Shown here: positions 49,985-59,787 of the stretch, piece after piece
Position numbering within the stretch: position 1 is the stretch's first letter
Layout: the number at the start of each line of letters is the position of its first letter
DNA from: an uncultured delta proteobacterium
GTDB lineage: Bacteria > Desulfobacterota > Binatia > HRBIN30 > BPIQ01
Direction of reading: 5' to 3'
Assembly (NCBI GenBank): GCA_963761335.1
Contig: CAVXGR010000018.1
Span: 224,001 to 288,000 of the forward strand
Length of the DNA: 64,000 nt
Program-made: the position numbers and the translations under genes
Notes under the pieces: generated by a model
The model's database searches: none
What the model was told of the DNA's origin: nothing
What the model saw: the letters and a program-made list of their open reading frames with translations, nothing else

Positions 49985-51196
49985 ATGCTGAGCATTCTCG
50001 AGGGCGTCCGGCTGGTCGAGGTCGCCGACTGGGGTTTCGTGCCGTCGGCGGGTACGGTGATCGGCGACTGGGGTGCCGACGTCATCAAGATCGAGCATCC
50101 GCGCCGCGGCGATCCGATGCGCGGCCTGATCACCTCCGGGATCATTCCCGGCGCCTCCGGCGCCAACTTCTTCATCGAGCAGCTGGGGCGCAACAAGCGC
50201 AGCGTCGGCATCGACCTGAACACCGACTCCGGCCGCGAGGCTCTCTATCGCCTGGTGAAGAACGCCGACATCTTTCTCACCAACTATCTGCCCGAGGCGC
50301 GCCAGCGACTGAAGATCACCTACGAGGACCTTCGCCCTCTCAACCCGCGCCTGATCTACGCCAAGGGGCACGGACAGGGACAGCGCGGTCCCGACGCCAA
50401 CAAGGGCGGCTACGACGGCGTCTCCTTCTGGGCGCGCGGCGGCATCGCCGATCGGCTCACACCGCCCGGCCAGCCGCTGCTGATGCAGCGGCCGGCCTTC
50501 GGCGATTTCATCGGCGGCATGTTCATCGCCGGCGGCATCGCCGCGGCGCTCTACAACCGGGAGCGCACCGGCAACGGCATGGAGGTGGACGCCTCGCTGC
50601 TCGGCAACGCCGTGTGGATCATGTCGCCCGACATCGTCGCGGCGATGACCTACGGCTTCGACCTGCCGCAGTCGGGCGTCGGGGTGCCGCCCAACCCACT
50701 AGTGAACACCTACTGGTCGCGGGACGGCAAGGGCATCACTCTGATGATGCTGCAGGGCGATCGTTTCTGGCCGATCTTCTGCAAGGCGATCTCGCGCCAG
50801 GATCTGCTCGAGGACCCACGCTTCAACCCGCCCGAGCAGCGGCACCGCCACGGCTCCGAGCTGGTCGAAGTGCTGAAGGAGATCTTCGCCACCAAGGACC
50901 GCATCGAATGGGCGGAGATCCTGCGGGCCTCCGAGTGCATCTGGGGGCCGGTGCAGACTCCGAGCGAGGTGCCCAGCGATCCACAGGTCGAGGCCAACCA
51001 GTACATCATGAAGTTCGAGCATCCGAGCTTCGGCCCCTTCCGCGTCGCCGCCAGCCCGCTGCAGTTCGACGGCCAGGCCCCCGAGGTCCGCCGACCCGCC
51101 TCCGACGCGGGCGTGCACACCGAGGAGGTACTCCTCGAGGCCGGCTACACCTGGGAGGATCTGGCGCGCATGAAGGAGGAGAAGGCGATCTCGTAG
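49985..51196 (+). CDS. CaiB/BaiF family III CoA transferase
   Basis: DWGADVIKIEHP.RGDPMR, RNKRSVGIDL, NPRLIYA, FGDFIGG. Confidence 0.93.
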   Translation: MLSILEGVRLVEVADWGFVPSAGTVIGDWGADVIKIEHPRRGDPMRGLITSGIIPGASGANFFIEQLGRNKRSVGIDLNTDSGREALYRLVKNADIFLTNYLPEARQRLKITYEDLRPLNPRLIYAKGHGQGQRGPDANKGGYDGVSFWARGGIADRLTPPGQPLLMQRPAFGDFIGGMFIAGGIAAALYNRERTGNGMEVDASLLGNAVWIMSPDIVAAMTYGFDLPQSGVGVPPNPLVNTYWSRDGKGITLMMLQGDRFWPIFCKAISRQDLLEDPRFNPPEQRHRHGSELVEVLKEIFATKDRIEWAEILRASECIWGPVQTPSEVPSDPQVEANQYIMKFEHPSFGPFRVAASPLQFDGQAPEVRRPASDAGVHTEEVLLEAGYTWEDLARMKEEKAIS

Positions 51197-51205
51197 GGAA
51201 GGATG

Positions 51206-51275
51206 GGGGACAGGCTACTTTTGTAGCTGCCGCAGCTTCATTCAGTCACAGATCCTCGTCTGCAAAAGTTGCCTG
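51206..51275. repeat. GGGGACAGG family repeat, copy 3, right arm interrupted
   Basis: ggggacaggctactttt ... aaaagttgcctg; the missing tcccc is at 51853-51857. Confidence 0.7.
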
Positions 51276-51852
51276 CTTCGAAAATCTGTTGGGTGTGCGC
51301 TTCGGGGGCGCGTTCCCTCTCCCGCATCTTCTCGCGGGAAGAGGGCCAGGGTGAGGGCGCCGATCTCTTTGAAGGCCGTGGAGATTCACCTAGCTTTCAG
51401 TGAGACAGGAACCCCTCACCTTGATCCTCTCCCCGCGGAAAGATGCGGGGAGAGGAGACCCGCCCCCGCGGCGCGGAAGTATCATCGCAAGCGTCTGACC
51501 GGTGAATCAGGACGCCGTCCATTTTCATCGTCTACTGGCGAGCCGTAAGGCTCATGACGCACTGCTTCGAAAATCTGTTGGGTGTGCGCTTCGGGGGCGC
51601 GTTCCCTCTCCCGCATTACTTTGGCGGGAGAGGGTCAGGGTGAGGGTGCCGATCTCTGTGAAGGCCGTGGAGATTCACGAGCTTTCAGTGAGACAGGAAC
51701 CCCTCACCTTGATCCTCTCCCCGCGGAAAGATGCGGGGAGAGGAGACCCGCCCCCGCGGCGCGGAAGTATCATCGCAAGCGTCTGACCGGTGAATCAGGA
51801 CGCCGTCCATTTTCATCGTCTACGGGCGAGCCGCAAGGCTCATGAGGCACTG
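51276..51852. mobile_element. Tandem pair of 289/288-bp non-coding MITE-like units, each containing the 150-bp composite palindrome
   Basis: Units at 51276-51564 and 51565-51852, both starting cttcgaaaatctgttggg and ending ctcatgaNgcactg. Confidence 0.75.
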
Positions 51853-52980
51853 TCCCCTTGCGGCCGCCAAGCTGGCGCTCCCGGCCTCCGTCACCACCAC
51901 CCCCGGCGGATCCGCCGCCGGCGCCAGGAAGGCGTCGAAGCGGCCGTCGCCGGCGACCCGGTGCAGCAGGAAGGGAATGGCGTAGCGCAGCACGTAGAGA
52001 TGCGCCTGCGCCTGCGACAAGGTGCCCGGGCTGCAGTCGGGCAATCCCGGGAAGCAGCCATCGGAAAAGGCGAAGTGACCGGTGTCGAGGATGTCGACGA
52101 GGACTTTGGGCGGAGCGAGGAGGTCGTAGGTCGCCCGGGCGTTGGCGTCGAACGGCGTGACCGTGTCGGCGGATCCGTCCTGCACCATCATCGGAATGGA
52201 GATGGCGGACACCAGGCTCTGGACCGGCGACAGTGCCGGCGCCAGGGCCAGGCCGGCGATCACCCGCGGATCGTCGGCGCAGACGCGCAGCGTCGTCTGC
52301 CCGCCGAAGGAGTGACCCGACATGCCGATGCGGCTCGGGTCGATGGCGCCGTACAGAGACGAGCCGGGCTCGCCGTTCAATGTGAGCAGCGAATCGATCA
52401 CGAAGGTGATGTCGGCTTCGCGGTTGAGGAAGGAGTCGACCTGCTCCGCCGGTGTCCCACAGGTGGGGAAGTCGTAGAGCTCGTTTCCCGGATGCGGCGG
52501 GGCGGCGACGATGAAGCCATAGGAGGCGATCAGGGGCGTCAGGAACAGGGACTGCTCGGGGAAGCCGCACGATCCATGCGAGAAGATCACCAGGGGCAGG
52601 CTCTGGGCCCCCGCCGCCAGCGGCGCGTCGACGACTCCGCCGAGTGCCGCGTCGACCTCGCCGGCGGTCTCGTCGGTCGGGTACCAGATGTCCGTCTCTA
52701 GCGGCCGCGGCGCGCCGGTGGTGACCGACTGCTTGGTGAAGGTGATTTGCGTGACGCCGACGCGGAACGACCCCGGCTCGGTGGGGCTCTGCCGTCCGAG
52801 CAGCACGCCGGAGACGTCGGCGGCGGTCGCCAGCCCGTCCGCGTTCACGTCTCCCGCCACGTCGCCGGCGTCTCCGTCGAAGACCATGTCGATCGTCGGT
52901 AGCGGATCCGTGCGTCCGAGCGCCGGCCCGTACGCCAAAGCAATCGCCCCGAGCGCCAGCAGCAAGGGGATGCGTCTCAT
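51820..52980 (-). CDS. Secreted alpha/beta hydrolase (dienelactone hydrolase / PAF-acetylhydrolase-like) with a dockerin-like motif
   Basis: Signal peptide; GDVNADGLATAAD; DIWYP, IFSHG, GHSFGG, GSADTV, GHFAFSD. Confidence 0.85.
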   Translation of the reverse strand: MRRIPLLLALGAIALAYGPALGRTDPLPTIDMVFDGDAGDVAGDVNADGLATAADVSGVLLGRQSPTEPGSFRVGVTQITFTKQSVTTGAPRPLETDIWYPTDETAGEVDAALGGVVDAPLAAGAQSLPLVIFSHGSCGFPEQSLFLTPLIASYGFIVAAPPHPGNELYDFPTCGTPAEQVDSFLNREADITFVIDSLLTLNGEPGSSLYGAIDPSRIGMSGHSFGGQTTLRVCADDPRVIAGLALAPALSPVQSLVSAISIPMMVQDGSADTVTPFDANARATYDLLAPPKVLVDILDTGHFAFSDGCFPGLPDCSPGTLSQAQAHLYVLRYAIPFLLHRVAGDGRFDAFLAPAADPPGVVVTEAGSASLAAARGQCLMSLAARP

Positions 52981-53084
52981 TTCGTGGTTGTGCATTGCTC
53001 TGCGCGCCGCGCTTGTCAACGGAAGGGCATTGATGGCATTGCACCCTGCACGAGGCTCCGGCGGCGTCAAAGGACACTGTCGGA

Positions 53085-53564
53085 ATGGTCCAACATGGCA
53101 GAGGAGTAGACGGAGCGTTGACGCAGTTTATCGAGACCGTCGATATCGATTGTCCCGTGTCGCGGGTGTGGCGGGCGCTCACCGTCCCGGAGGAGGTGGT
53201 GGCGTGGGATGGCGGTGTGCAGGAAGCGCTGGATGCGCCGCCGGACTACCCGCGTCCCGGACAGTACGTGCGCTGGCGCTACCGCCTCGGGCGGCTGCCG
53301 CTCATCCTTCACGACCGCCCGTCCGAGGTGCTGGAGAACAAAACCCTGCGCTCCAATATCCGCCTGGGGCCTTTTCAGTTCGACGAGACCTATACGCTCG
53401 AGTCACGCGACCCGACGCACACCAGGCTCTCCGCCCGACTCCAGGTCACTTCGCCGGTGCCGGTGCTGGGCCCCTGGCTGGCGCGTTGGCCCGGAGGGCC
53501 GCTGGCCCAGTCCACGGTCCGCGGCTCGCTCGCTGCAATCAAGATCCACTGCGAGACGGGCTGA
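53085..53564 (+). CDS. SRPBCC/START-like domain protein
   Basis: ETVDIDCPVSRVWRALTVPEEVVAW; start uncertain. Confidence 0.7.
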   Translation: MVQHGRGVDGALTQFIETVDIDCPVSRVWRALTVPEEVVAWDGGVQEALDAPPDYPRPGQYVRWRYRLGRLPLILHDRPSEVLENKTLRSNIRLGPFQFDETYTLESRDPTHTRLSARLQVTSPVPVLGPWLARWPGGPLAQSTVRGSLAAIKIHCETG

Positions 53565-53586
53565 GGGAAGCAGCGACCGCCTCGCC

Positions 53587-53655
53587 GGGAGCGCGGCCAT
53601 CTTGGCCGTCTCTTTTCTCTGACGGCAGATTGCGGCGGGGACGGCCGCGCTCCCA
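53587..53655. repeat. Inverted pair of GGGAGCGCGGCC REP-like repeats
   Basis: gggagcgcggccatcttggccg ... ggacggccgcgctccc, between convergent genes. Confidence 0.65.
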
Positions 53656-53683
53656 GATGCTCCGTCCAGCTTCGGCGCTCTCG

Positions 53684-54175
53684 CTACGGCGCGAAGCGCG
53701 CCTCGAGCACCCGCATGTAGGGTATGCAGTGGCGGCGCTGCTTGACGAAGTCGCGCGCCTGCAGCAGCGACATGTCGCGGTGCCGGTGCAGGTAGGCGAT
53801 GGCGACGGTGGGGGCGCGGTTCATGCCGGCATTGCAGTGCAGGTACACGCGTCTTCCCCGCAGCAGCAGCTGGTGCAGGCGCTCGACGATGTCGTGGATC
53901 GAGCCCGCCAGGGCGCGGTCGTCGCAGTCGGGGATCGGCATGCGGTGAAACTCCAGAGCGCATTCCCGATAGCTGTTCTCCAGCGCCGAGATCTCCAGCG
54001 CGTGCGTCGCCAGGTCCAGATCGTCCTGCAGCGACAGCACCGCCGTGACGCCGTGCGCGTCGCGCAGCCAGGGAATGTCGGTGACCCTGGGGTACTCGCC
54101 GACGAGGAGATCGGGGAGAATGCTCGACAGGTTGGGTCTGCTCGCGGCGCCCAGGTAGCGGTTCGCACCGGCCAT
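53684..54175 (-). CDS. Dual-specificity protein phosphatase family protein
   Basis: VYLHCNAGMNRAPT (HCx5R), PIPD. Confidence 0.9.
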   Translation of the reverse strand: MAGANRYLGAASRPNLSSILPDLLVGEYPRVTDIPWLRDAHGVTAVLSLQDDLDLATHALEISALENSYRECALEFHRMPIPDCDDRALAGSIHDIVERLHQLLLRGRRVYLHCNAGMNRAPTVAIAYLHRHRDMSLLQARDFVKQRRHCIPYMRVLEARFAP

Positions 54176-54256
54176 TCCTCCTGAGTACCCGTGCCTGCGC
54201 GACCGGGCAAGCAGAAAAAAGCGAGGCGGCCGTGGAACCTCGATTCTCCACCCCTT

Positions 54257-54320
54257 GGTTCTCCGTTCTCATTCCCGGTTATCATCCCGTCGTTTTCCAT
54301 TTGCTCTGACAGGTGCGGGT
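54257..54320. repeat. Left half of the ATGGAAAACGACGGGATGAG family element
   Basis: ttctcattcccggttatcatcccgtcgttttccatttgctctgacag; no right arm seen. Confidence 0.7.
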
Positions 54321-54336
54321 ACTGAGGCGGGCTCCC

Positions 54337-54979
54337 GCAAGACGATTCCGCCGGCCCGCGGGCCGAGTAGAAGCGGCGTCTCGCCGCTTCGGAAAGCGCC
54401 GAGACGGCACTTCTACCTGGGCAAGAGGATCCCGCCGGCCCGCGGGCGAGGTAGAAGCGGCGTCTCGCCGCTTCGGAAGGCGCCGGGACGGCGCTTCTAC
54501 CTGGGCAAGACGATTCCGCCGGCCCGCGGGCAAGGTAGAAGCGGCGTCTCGCCGCTTCGGAAGGCGCCGGGACGGCGCTTCTACCTGGGCAAGACGATTC
54601 CGCCGGCCCGCGGGCAAGGTAGAAGCGGCGTCTCGCCGCTTCGGAAAGCGCCGAGACGGCGCTTCTACCTGGGCAAGACGATCCCGCCGGCCCGCGGGCG
54701 AGGTAGAAGCGGCGTCTCGCCGCTTCGGAAAGCGCCGAGACGGCGCTTCTACCAGGCAAGACGATTCCGCCGGCCCGCGGGCGAGGTAGAAGCGGCGTCT
54801 CGCCGCTTCGGAAGGCGCCGAGACGGCGCTTCTACCAGGGGCACCCCGCGGGCGAGGTAGAAGCGGCGTCTCGCCGCTTCGGAAAAGCGCCGGGACGGCG
54901 CTTCTACCAGGGGCACCCCGCGGGCCGAGTAGAAGCGGCGTCTCGCCGCTTCGGAAAAGCGCCGGGACGGCACTTCTAC
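54337..54979. repeat. Tandem array of 8 GTAG-type REP doublets (BIME/REPIN-like)
   Basis: 50-bp core GTAGAAGCGGCGTCTCGCCGCTTcggaAAGCGCCGAGACGGCGCTTCTAC at 54367, 54451, 54535, 54619, 54703, 54786, 54857 and 54929. Confidence 0.9.
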
Positions 54980-55090
54980 TTTGGTTTTGAGACAGACTCT
55001 TGAAACCCCCCGCTACTATCGGGGGTGCTCTTCATCGGATTCTCATCTCCCCGGCTTATGGCAAGCGCGGACTCAGATGAGGAGGTGTGT

Positions 55091-56164
55091 ATGTTCAAGC
55101 TGAAGACGACGGTATGCGGGGCTTGGCTCGTTCTCGGCGCCGCCTTTGCGCTGGCGGCGGCGGGCGACTCCGGCGGCGGGATGCAGGCCAAGCGCGAGGT
55201 GTTGAAGTCGGGGGACTGGTCGATGGTCCTGCCGCTCGGATTGCAGGCGGGCTCGGCGTACATCCCGGACGAGAACCCGATGAGTGACGCCAAGATCGAG
55301 CTCGGCAAGCTACTCTACTTCGACAAGCGCATGTCGAAGGACATGACGGTCGCCTGCGCCAGCTGCCACGCTCCCTTTCACGGCTTCGCCGATCCGCACC
55401 GCACGTCGTTGGGCGTCGGCCAGGGCGTCGGCAGTCGCAACAGCCCGACGGTGATCAATCGGCTGTTCTCCGCCGAGCAGTTCTGGGACGGCCGCGCCAA
55501 GGACCTGGAGGACCAGGCGCACGGCCCGCTGGTGAACCCCGTGGAGATGAAGATGGGGTCGCACACCGAGGTCGCCGGCCGCATCCGCGAGATCAAGGGG
55601 TACGCCCCCCTCTTCAAGAAGGCTTTCGGCGACGACAAGGTCGACATCGATCGCATCACCAAGGCGATCGCCGCCTATGAGCGCACCGTGGTCTCGGGCA
55701 ACAGCCCCTACGATCGCTACCAGGCGGGCGACAAGGACGCGATGAGCGCCTCGGCCGTGCGCGGCATGGAGATCTTCAACGGCAAGGGCAACTGCAAGGC
55801 CTGTCACGCCGGCTTCAACTTCACCGACGAGACCTACCAGAACATCGGCGTCGGCATGGACAAGCCGAACCCCGACCTCGGCCGCTACGACCAGACCAAG
55901 AACGACGCCGACCGCGGCAAGTTCAAGACGCCGACCCTGCGCAACATCGCCGAGACCGCACCCTATATGCACGACGGCAGCGACGAGACGCTGATGAAGG
56001 TGGTCGAGTTTTACGACCGCGGCGGCATCGGCAACCCCAACCTGTCGAAGGAGATCAAGCCGCTGAAGCTGAGCGAGCAGGAGAAGCTCGACCTGGTTGC
56101 CTTTCTCGAGACGCTGAGCGGAGAGGTGAACAACCTCACGCCGCCGGAGACGCTGCCGAAGTAG
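55091..56164 (+). CDS. ccp: Di-heme cytochrome c peroxidase
   Basis: CASCH, RNSPTV, QFWDGRA, NPVEM, CKACH, FKTPTLRNI, PYMHDGS; RBS GAGGAGG. Confidence 0.92.
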   Translation: MFKLKTTVCGAWLVLGAAFALAAAGDSGGGMQAKREVLKSGDWSMVLPLGLQAGSAYIPDENPMSDAKIELGKLLYFDKRMSKDMTVACASCHAPFHGFADPHRTSLGVGQGVGSRNSPTVINRLFSAEQFWDGRAKDLEDQAHGPLVNPVEMKMGSHTEVAGRIREIKGYAPLFKKAFGDDKVDIDRITKAIAAYERTVVSGNSPYDRYQAGDKDAMSASAVRGMEIFNGKGNCKACHAGFNFTDETYQNIGVGMDKPNPDLGRYDQTKNDADRGKFKTPTLRNIAETAPYMHDGSDETLMKVVEFYDRGGIGNPNLSKEIKPLKLSEQEKLDLVAFLETLSGEVNNLTPPETLPK

Positions 56165-56317
56165 AGGCAGTGAGTAGGAGGGGTGAAGCCGGCTTTGCCC
56201 AACGGGATGCCCGTTGGCTGCGGGCGGGTTGTTGGTTGCTACGTTGTTAGGTTGTCAGGTCAGTCGCACGTGCAACGACGCGCCATGACGGTCGCGCGTC
56301 GCAGTCAATTGCTTCGC

Positions 56318-58024
56318 CTAATGAATCGACACGACCTGCGGCATTAACGTCAGTGGGCCGGGGGTGTGGAAAGGCGTCAGCGCCAGGGCGGCGCGCAGCT
56401 CGTCGCGCCACGGCATGTCGAGCTGCTCGGCGCGGCTGGAGAGCGCCTCGGCGAGGCGCTCGGCGATCGACTTGTGCCGCGGGTAGAAGCTGAGCTCCAC
56501 GGGCTCGTCCACCTTCAGGCCGCTAGCGACCTTGGCGGCGCGGATGGCGTCGATGAAGCCGCCGATCTGGTCGACCAGGCCGTTGGCGGCGGCCTGCTCT
56601 CCCGTCCACACCCGGCCCCGGCCGATCTCGTTGACGCGCGCGGGGGTGAGCTTGCGGCCTGCGGCGACGCGGTCGACGAACACCTGATAGATGTGCTCGA
56701 TCTCGGCGAGCATTTTCTGCCGCACGGTGTCGTCGAACGGCGTGGTCAGGTCGTTCAGGCGAGCGTACTTGCCGCGCGACAGCGTCTCCGTGGTGATTCC
56801 CAGGCGCTCGAGCAGGCCGCTGACCGTCGGCCGCGCAAAGACGACGCCGATCGAGCCGGTGAGCGTCGTCGGCTGCGCCAGGATGCGGCTGGCGCCGGCG
56901 GTGACGTAGTAGCCGCCCGACCCGGCGACGTCGGACATGGAGACGATCACCGGCTTCTTCTCCTTGGCCTTCTCGATCGCCTTCCAGATCAGGTCGGAGG
57001 CGAGGGCCGAGCCGCCGGGGCTGTCGACGCGGAAGACGATCGCCTTGGCGTCGCTGTCAGCGGCGTCCTTGAAGGCGTCGATCACCGTCTGGGCGCCGAG
57101 CAGCGGCCCCTGCAGGAGGGCGTTGCCGCTCTCGCCGCTGACGATGGCGCCTACGCCGTAGACGACGGCGATGGCGCTCTTCGGCGTCAGACCGACGGCG
57201 CTCAGGTCGACTCCGGTGTAGTCGTCGAGCTTGATCACCGGGGCGTCCTTGGTGTCCTCATGGCGTACGTCGGCGAGGTACTTGACGCCGTCCGTGAGCC
57301 CTTCCTGCTGCAGGCGGGGCGCGGTCGACGGCCCGTCGTCGATGATGGCGCGCACGCGCAGGGGGTCGAGATGGCGCGCCTCGGCGATGGCGGAGACGAA
57401 ATGGCCGTCGATGCTGTCGAGGATCGAGTTCGCCATCTCGCGGTGGTAGGGCGACATCTTCTTGTTCACCAGCATGTCGCCGAAGGTCTTGTACTCGCGG
57501 ATCTTGAGCACGTTCATCTGCACGTCGATCTTCTCCCACACGCCGCCGAGGAAGAAGTACTGGGCGGCGAGGCCGACGAGTGGCGCCGTGCTGGCGGGGG
57601 AGACGTAGACGCGGTTGGCGATCGAGGCGACGAAGTACTCCTTGTTGGCGCTCGCCGCCTCCTCCTCGAGGACGGCGAGCACCGGCTTGCCGCTCTCGGT
57701 CTCGAACTCCGCCAGAGCGTTGCGGATGTCGTCGCTCTTCGCCCAGCCGACGTCGAGGCTGCCGACCTGCAGGAGAATGCCGGCGACGCGCTCGTCGACG
57801 GCGGCGATCTGGATGGCGCGCAGCAGGTCGATCATCGTCCGCGGTGGCGTGCGCACCAGCTTGCCGAGCAGATCGGATGGAGGCTCCTCGACGTATGACC
57901 CGTCGAGTGGGATCAACAGGTACGATCCCTTCTTGACCTGCACTCCGGCGCTCTCGACGCGCCAGATGACCAGCGCGGCGATGGCGAGAACGAGTAGGAG
58001 GATCCAGCGGCGCTTCTTCCACAT
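56318..58024 (-). CDS. sppA: Signal peptide peptidase SppA (67K type)
   Basis: [45 protein letters not shown]-domain REYKT. Confidence 0.93.
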   Translation of the reverse strand: MWKKRRWILLLVLAIAALVIWRVESAGVQVKKGSYLLIPLDGSYVEEPPSDLLGKLVRTPPRTMIDLLRAIQIAAVDERVAGILLQVGSLDVGWAKSDDIRNALAEFETESGKPVLAVLEEEAASANKEYFVASIANRVYVSPASTAPLVGLAAQYFFLGGVWEKIDVQMNVLKIREYKTFGDMLVNKKMSPYHREMANSILDSIDGHFVSAIAEARHLDPLRVRAIIDDGPSTAPRLQQEGLTDGVKYLADVRHEDTKDAPVIKLDDYTGVDLSAVGLTPKSAIAVVYGVGAIVSGESGNALLQGPLLGAQTVIDAFKDAADSDAKAIVFRVDSPGGSALASDLIWKAIEKAKEKKPVIVSMSDVAGSGGYYVTAGASRILAQPTTLTGSIGVVFARPTVSGLLERLGITTETLSRGKYARLNDLTTPFDDTVRQKMLAEIEHIYQVFVDRVAAGRKLTPARVNEIGRGRVWTGEQAAANGLVDQIGGFIDAIRAAKVASGLKVDEPVELSFYPRHKSIAERLAEALSSRAEQLDMPWRDELRAALALTPFHTPGPLTLMPQVVSIH

Positions 58025-58029
58025 CTGCG

Positions 58030-59787
58030 TCAGCTCTCCTGCGGATGACCGCGGTGAAAGGCATGGATGATGGGGAGATTGGCGGCGCCCCAGACGCCGC
58101 GATGGCGCCGGTCCACCGACTCGAGGCGATGCAGGGCGCGGTCGTACAGCGCCAATGCCTGCGGCTCGGCGCCCCGCAGGCTCTGTCCCACTCCCTCGAG
58201 CACGTCGCGAGTGTACTGGAGCAGCGCTGTCTGGGCCAGATCGTCGCTGTCGCCGAGGCGCTCGATCCAGCCGTCGATGCCGGCGACGGCCGCGCCCACG
58301 GCGGGGAGCAGATCGGCGGCGCGCTGCCGCGGCGGGCGGAGGACGTCTCCGTAGCGGACCACGCCGCGCATGAGTCGCTCGACGTCCTGCCACATGGCGC
58401 GCGCCGCCTGCGGATCTCTGCCGCGGCGCGCGTAGGCGACGGCGTCATCCTCGTCCGAGCAGCTGCCGCGACTGTGGGCGGCGAAGGCGAGGAAGTTGAC
58501 GCCGTGCGCCCACAGCGAATGCGCCCCGAACTGGAGGAAGGTGATCTCACTGCCGCCGGCGCGGCGATAGTACTCGAGGTCGGCGGCGATCAGCTCGGCG
58601 AGCGGCACGGCGCAGCCGCAGAAGAGAATCGAATCGCCGTAGTACTCGAAGACGCGGACGCGGCCGTCGAAGAGCTCGACATAGCGCTCGAAGGCGGTGC
58701 GATAGCTGCGATTGGTGTGGCACGAGGAATCGGCGAGGGCGTGGCCGTAACAGCGCTCGCGCGGCGCGAACTCAACCCACACGCCGGGCCGGGGACGCTC
58801 CCGGAGAGCCGCCTCGACGGTATCGTGGTAGGCGAGATAGCAGACGGGGATTTGCATTCCCGCATCCGCCAGCGCATCGGCGACGGCATTGCAGACGCGC
58901 AGGCTCTGGTCCTGCACCGAGAGCGGCCGACAGGTGCGGCAATGGCACCAGCCACCGTGCCAGAGATCGGCGCCCCAGATGTGCAGGGCGCCCATGTCCG
59001 GATGCGCCGCGGCGTAGGCCACGGCGTTGCTCGCGATGACCTGGAGAGCGCCGTCGCTGCTGGCGCAGGCGTTGCCGAGATCGTGCCGCTTGCCGTCGCG
59101 GTCCTCGGGGAAGTACTCGGGGTGCGCGGCGAAGAGCTGGCGCGGCAGCAGCAGCGGAATCACGTGGCCGCCGTACTCGGCGCGGATGGCACGGCGGCGC
59201 ATCTCGGGGAGCATCTCGGGAATCGAGAGCTGCGTGTCGAAGGGGTGGCGGATGAAGAAGAAGGCGTTGGCTCCGGTCTTGCCCATCCAGTCGACGAAGG
59301 CGAGGTCGCGCGGCAACCGCTCGCCGAGCAGCTGCGCCTCGCCATAGTGCCAGGTGTGCAGGTCCGAGGAGTAGCCGCGCACCCGGTATACGGGTCGCTC
59401 GCGCACCGCGGCGATCTCCACGCCGCCGTCGGCAAGCGCCGGCACGACCTCGGCGCCGGCGCCGTGGAAGGACCAGCGACAGCCGAGGCCCTCGAGCAGG
59501 CGGTAGACGCCGTGGAGCATGCCCGCCGCATCGGCGCCGGCAATGGTGATTCCCGAGTCGTCGCCGGCGATGGCGAAAGCCCCGGAAGCCGCCGGCGGAT
59601 CGATCGCCAGCGGCCGCCCGAGAGCGAGGACGTTGGGCGGCGCGGTCGCGGCCGCCGGCGGGCAGGGGATGCCGCCGGCGGCGCGCAGGTAGCGTGCCAG
59701 CTCGGCGGCAGCGAAATCCGCCACCGCCTCGCCCGGTGCCGGCGCCGCCAGCGGAAGCTGCTGCAGCTGGCGCCGGGCGAGCCGCAT
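58030..59787 (-). CDS. DUF4838-like protein (possible glycoside hydrolase fold)
   Basis: FAAAELARYL, GMLHGVYRLLEGLGCRW, LFAAHPEYFP, WCHCRTC, YLAY, VFEYY. Confidence 0.7.
   Translation of the reverse strand: MRLARRQLQQLPLAAPAPGEAVADFAAAELARYLRAAGGIPCPPAAATAPPNVLALGRPLAIDPPAASGAFAIAGDDSGITIAGADAAGMLHGVYRLLEGLGCRWSFHGAGAEVVPALADGGVEIAAVRERPVYRVRGYSSDLHTWHYGEAQLLGERLPRDLAFVDWMGKTGANAFFFIRHPFDTQLSIPEMLPEMRRRAIRAEYGGHVIPLLLPRQLFAAHPEYFPEDRDGKRHDLGNACASSDGALQVIASNAVAYAAAHPDMGALHIWGADLWHGGWCHCRTCRPLSVQDQSLRVCNAVADALADAGMQIPVCYLAYHDTVEAALRERPRPGVWVEFAPRERCYGHALADSSCHTNRSYRTAFERYVELFDGRVRVFEYYGDSILFCGCAVPLAELIAADLEYYRRAGGSEITFLQFGAHSLWAHGVNFLAFAAHSRGSCSDEDDAVAYARRGRDPQAARAMWQDVERLMRGVVRYGDVLRPPRQRAADLLPAVGAAVAGIDGWIERLGDSDDLAQTALLQYTRDVLEGVGQSLRGAEPQALALYDRALHRLESVDRRHRGVWGAANLPIIHAFHRGHPQES

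Noticed and set aside
54255..54973. Repeat-protein ORFs across the 84-bp array
   Set aside because: Frames stay open only because 84 is divisible by 3 and the GC-rich unit lacks stops; ORFs appear on both strands with no RBS or coding bias
54337..54979. CRISPR array
   Set aside because: The linkers are near-identical rather than unique spacers, the 50-bp core is a REP doublet, and no cas genes are present
55091..56164. MauG-like or triheme peroxidase
   Set aside because: Only two CxxCH motifs, canonical Ccp motifs, and no mau genes nearby
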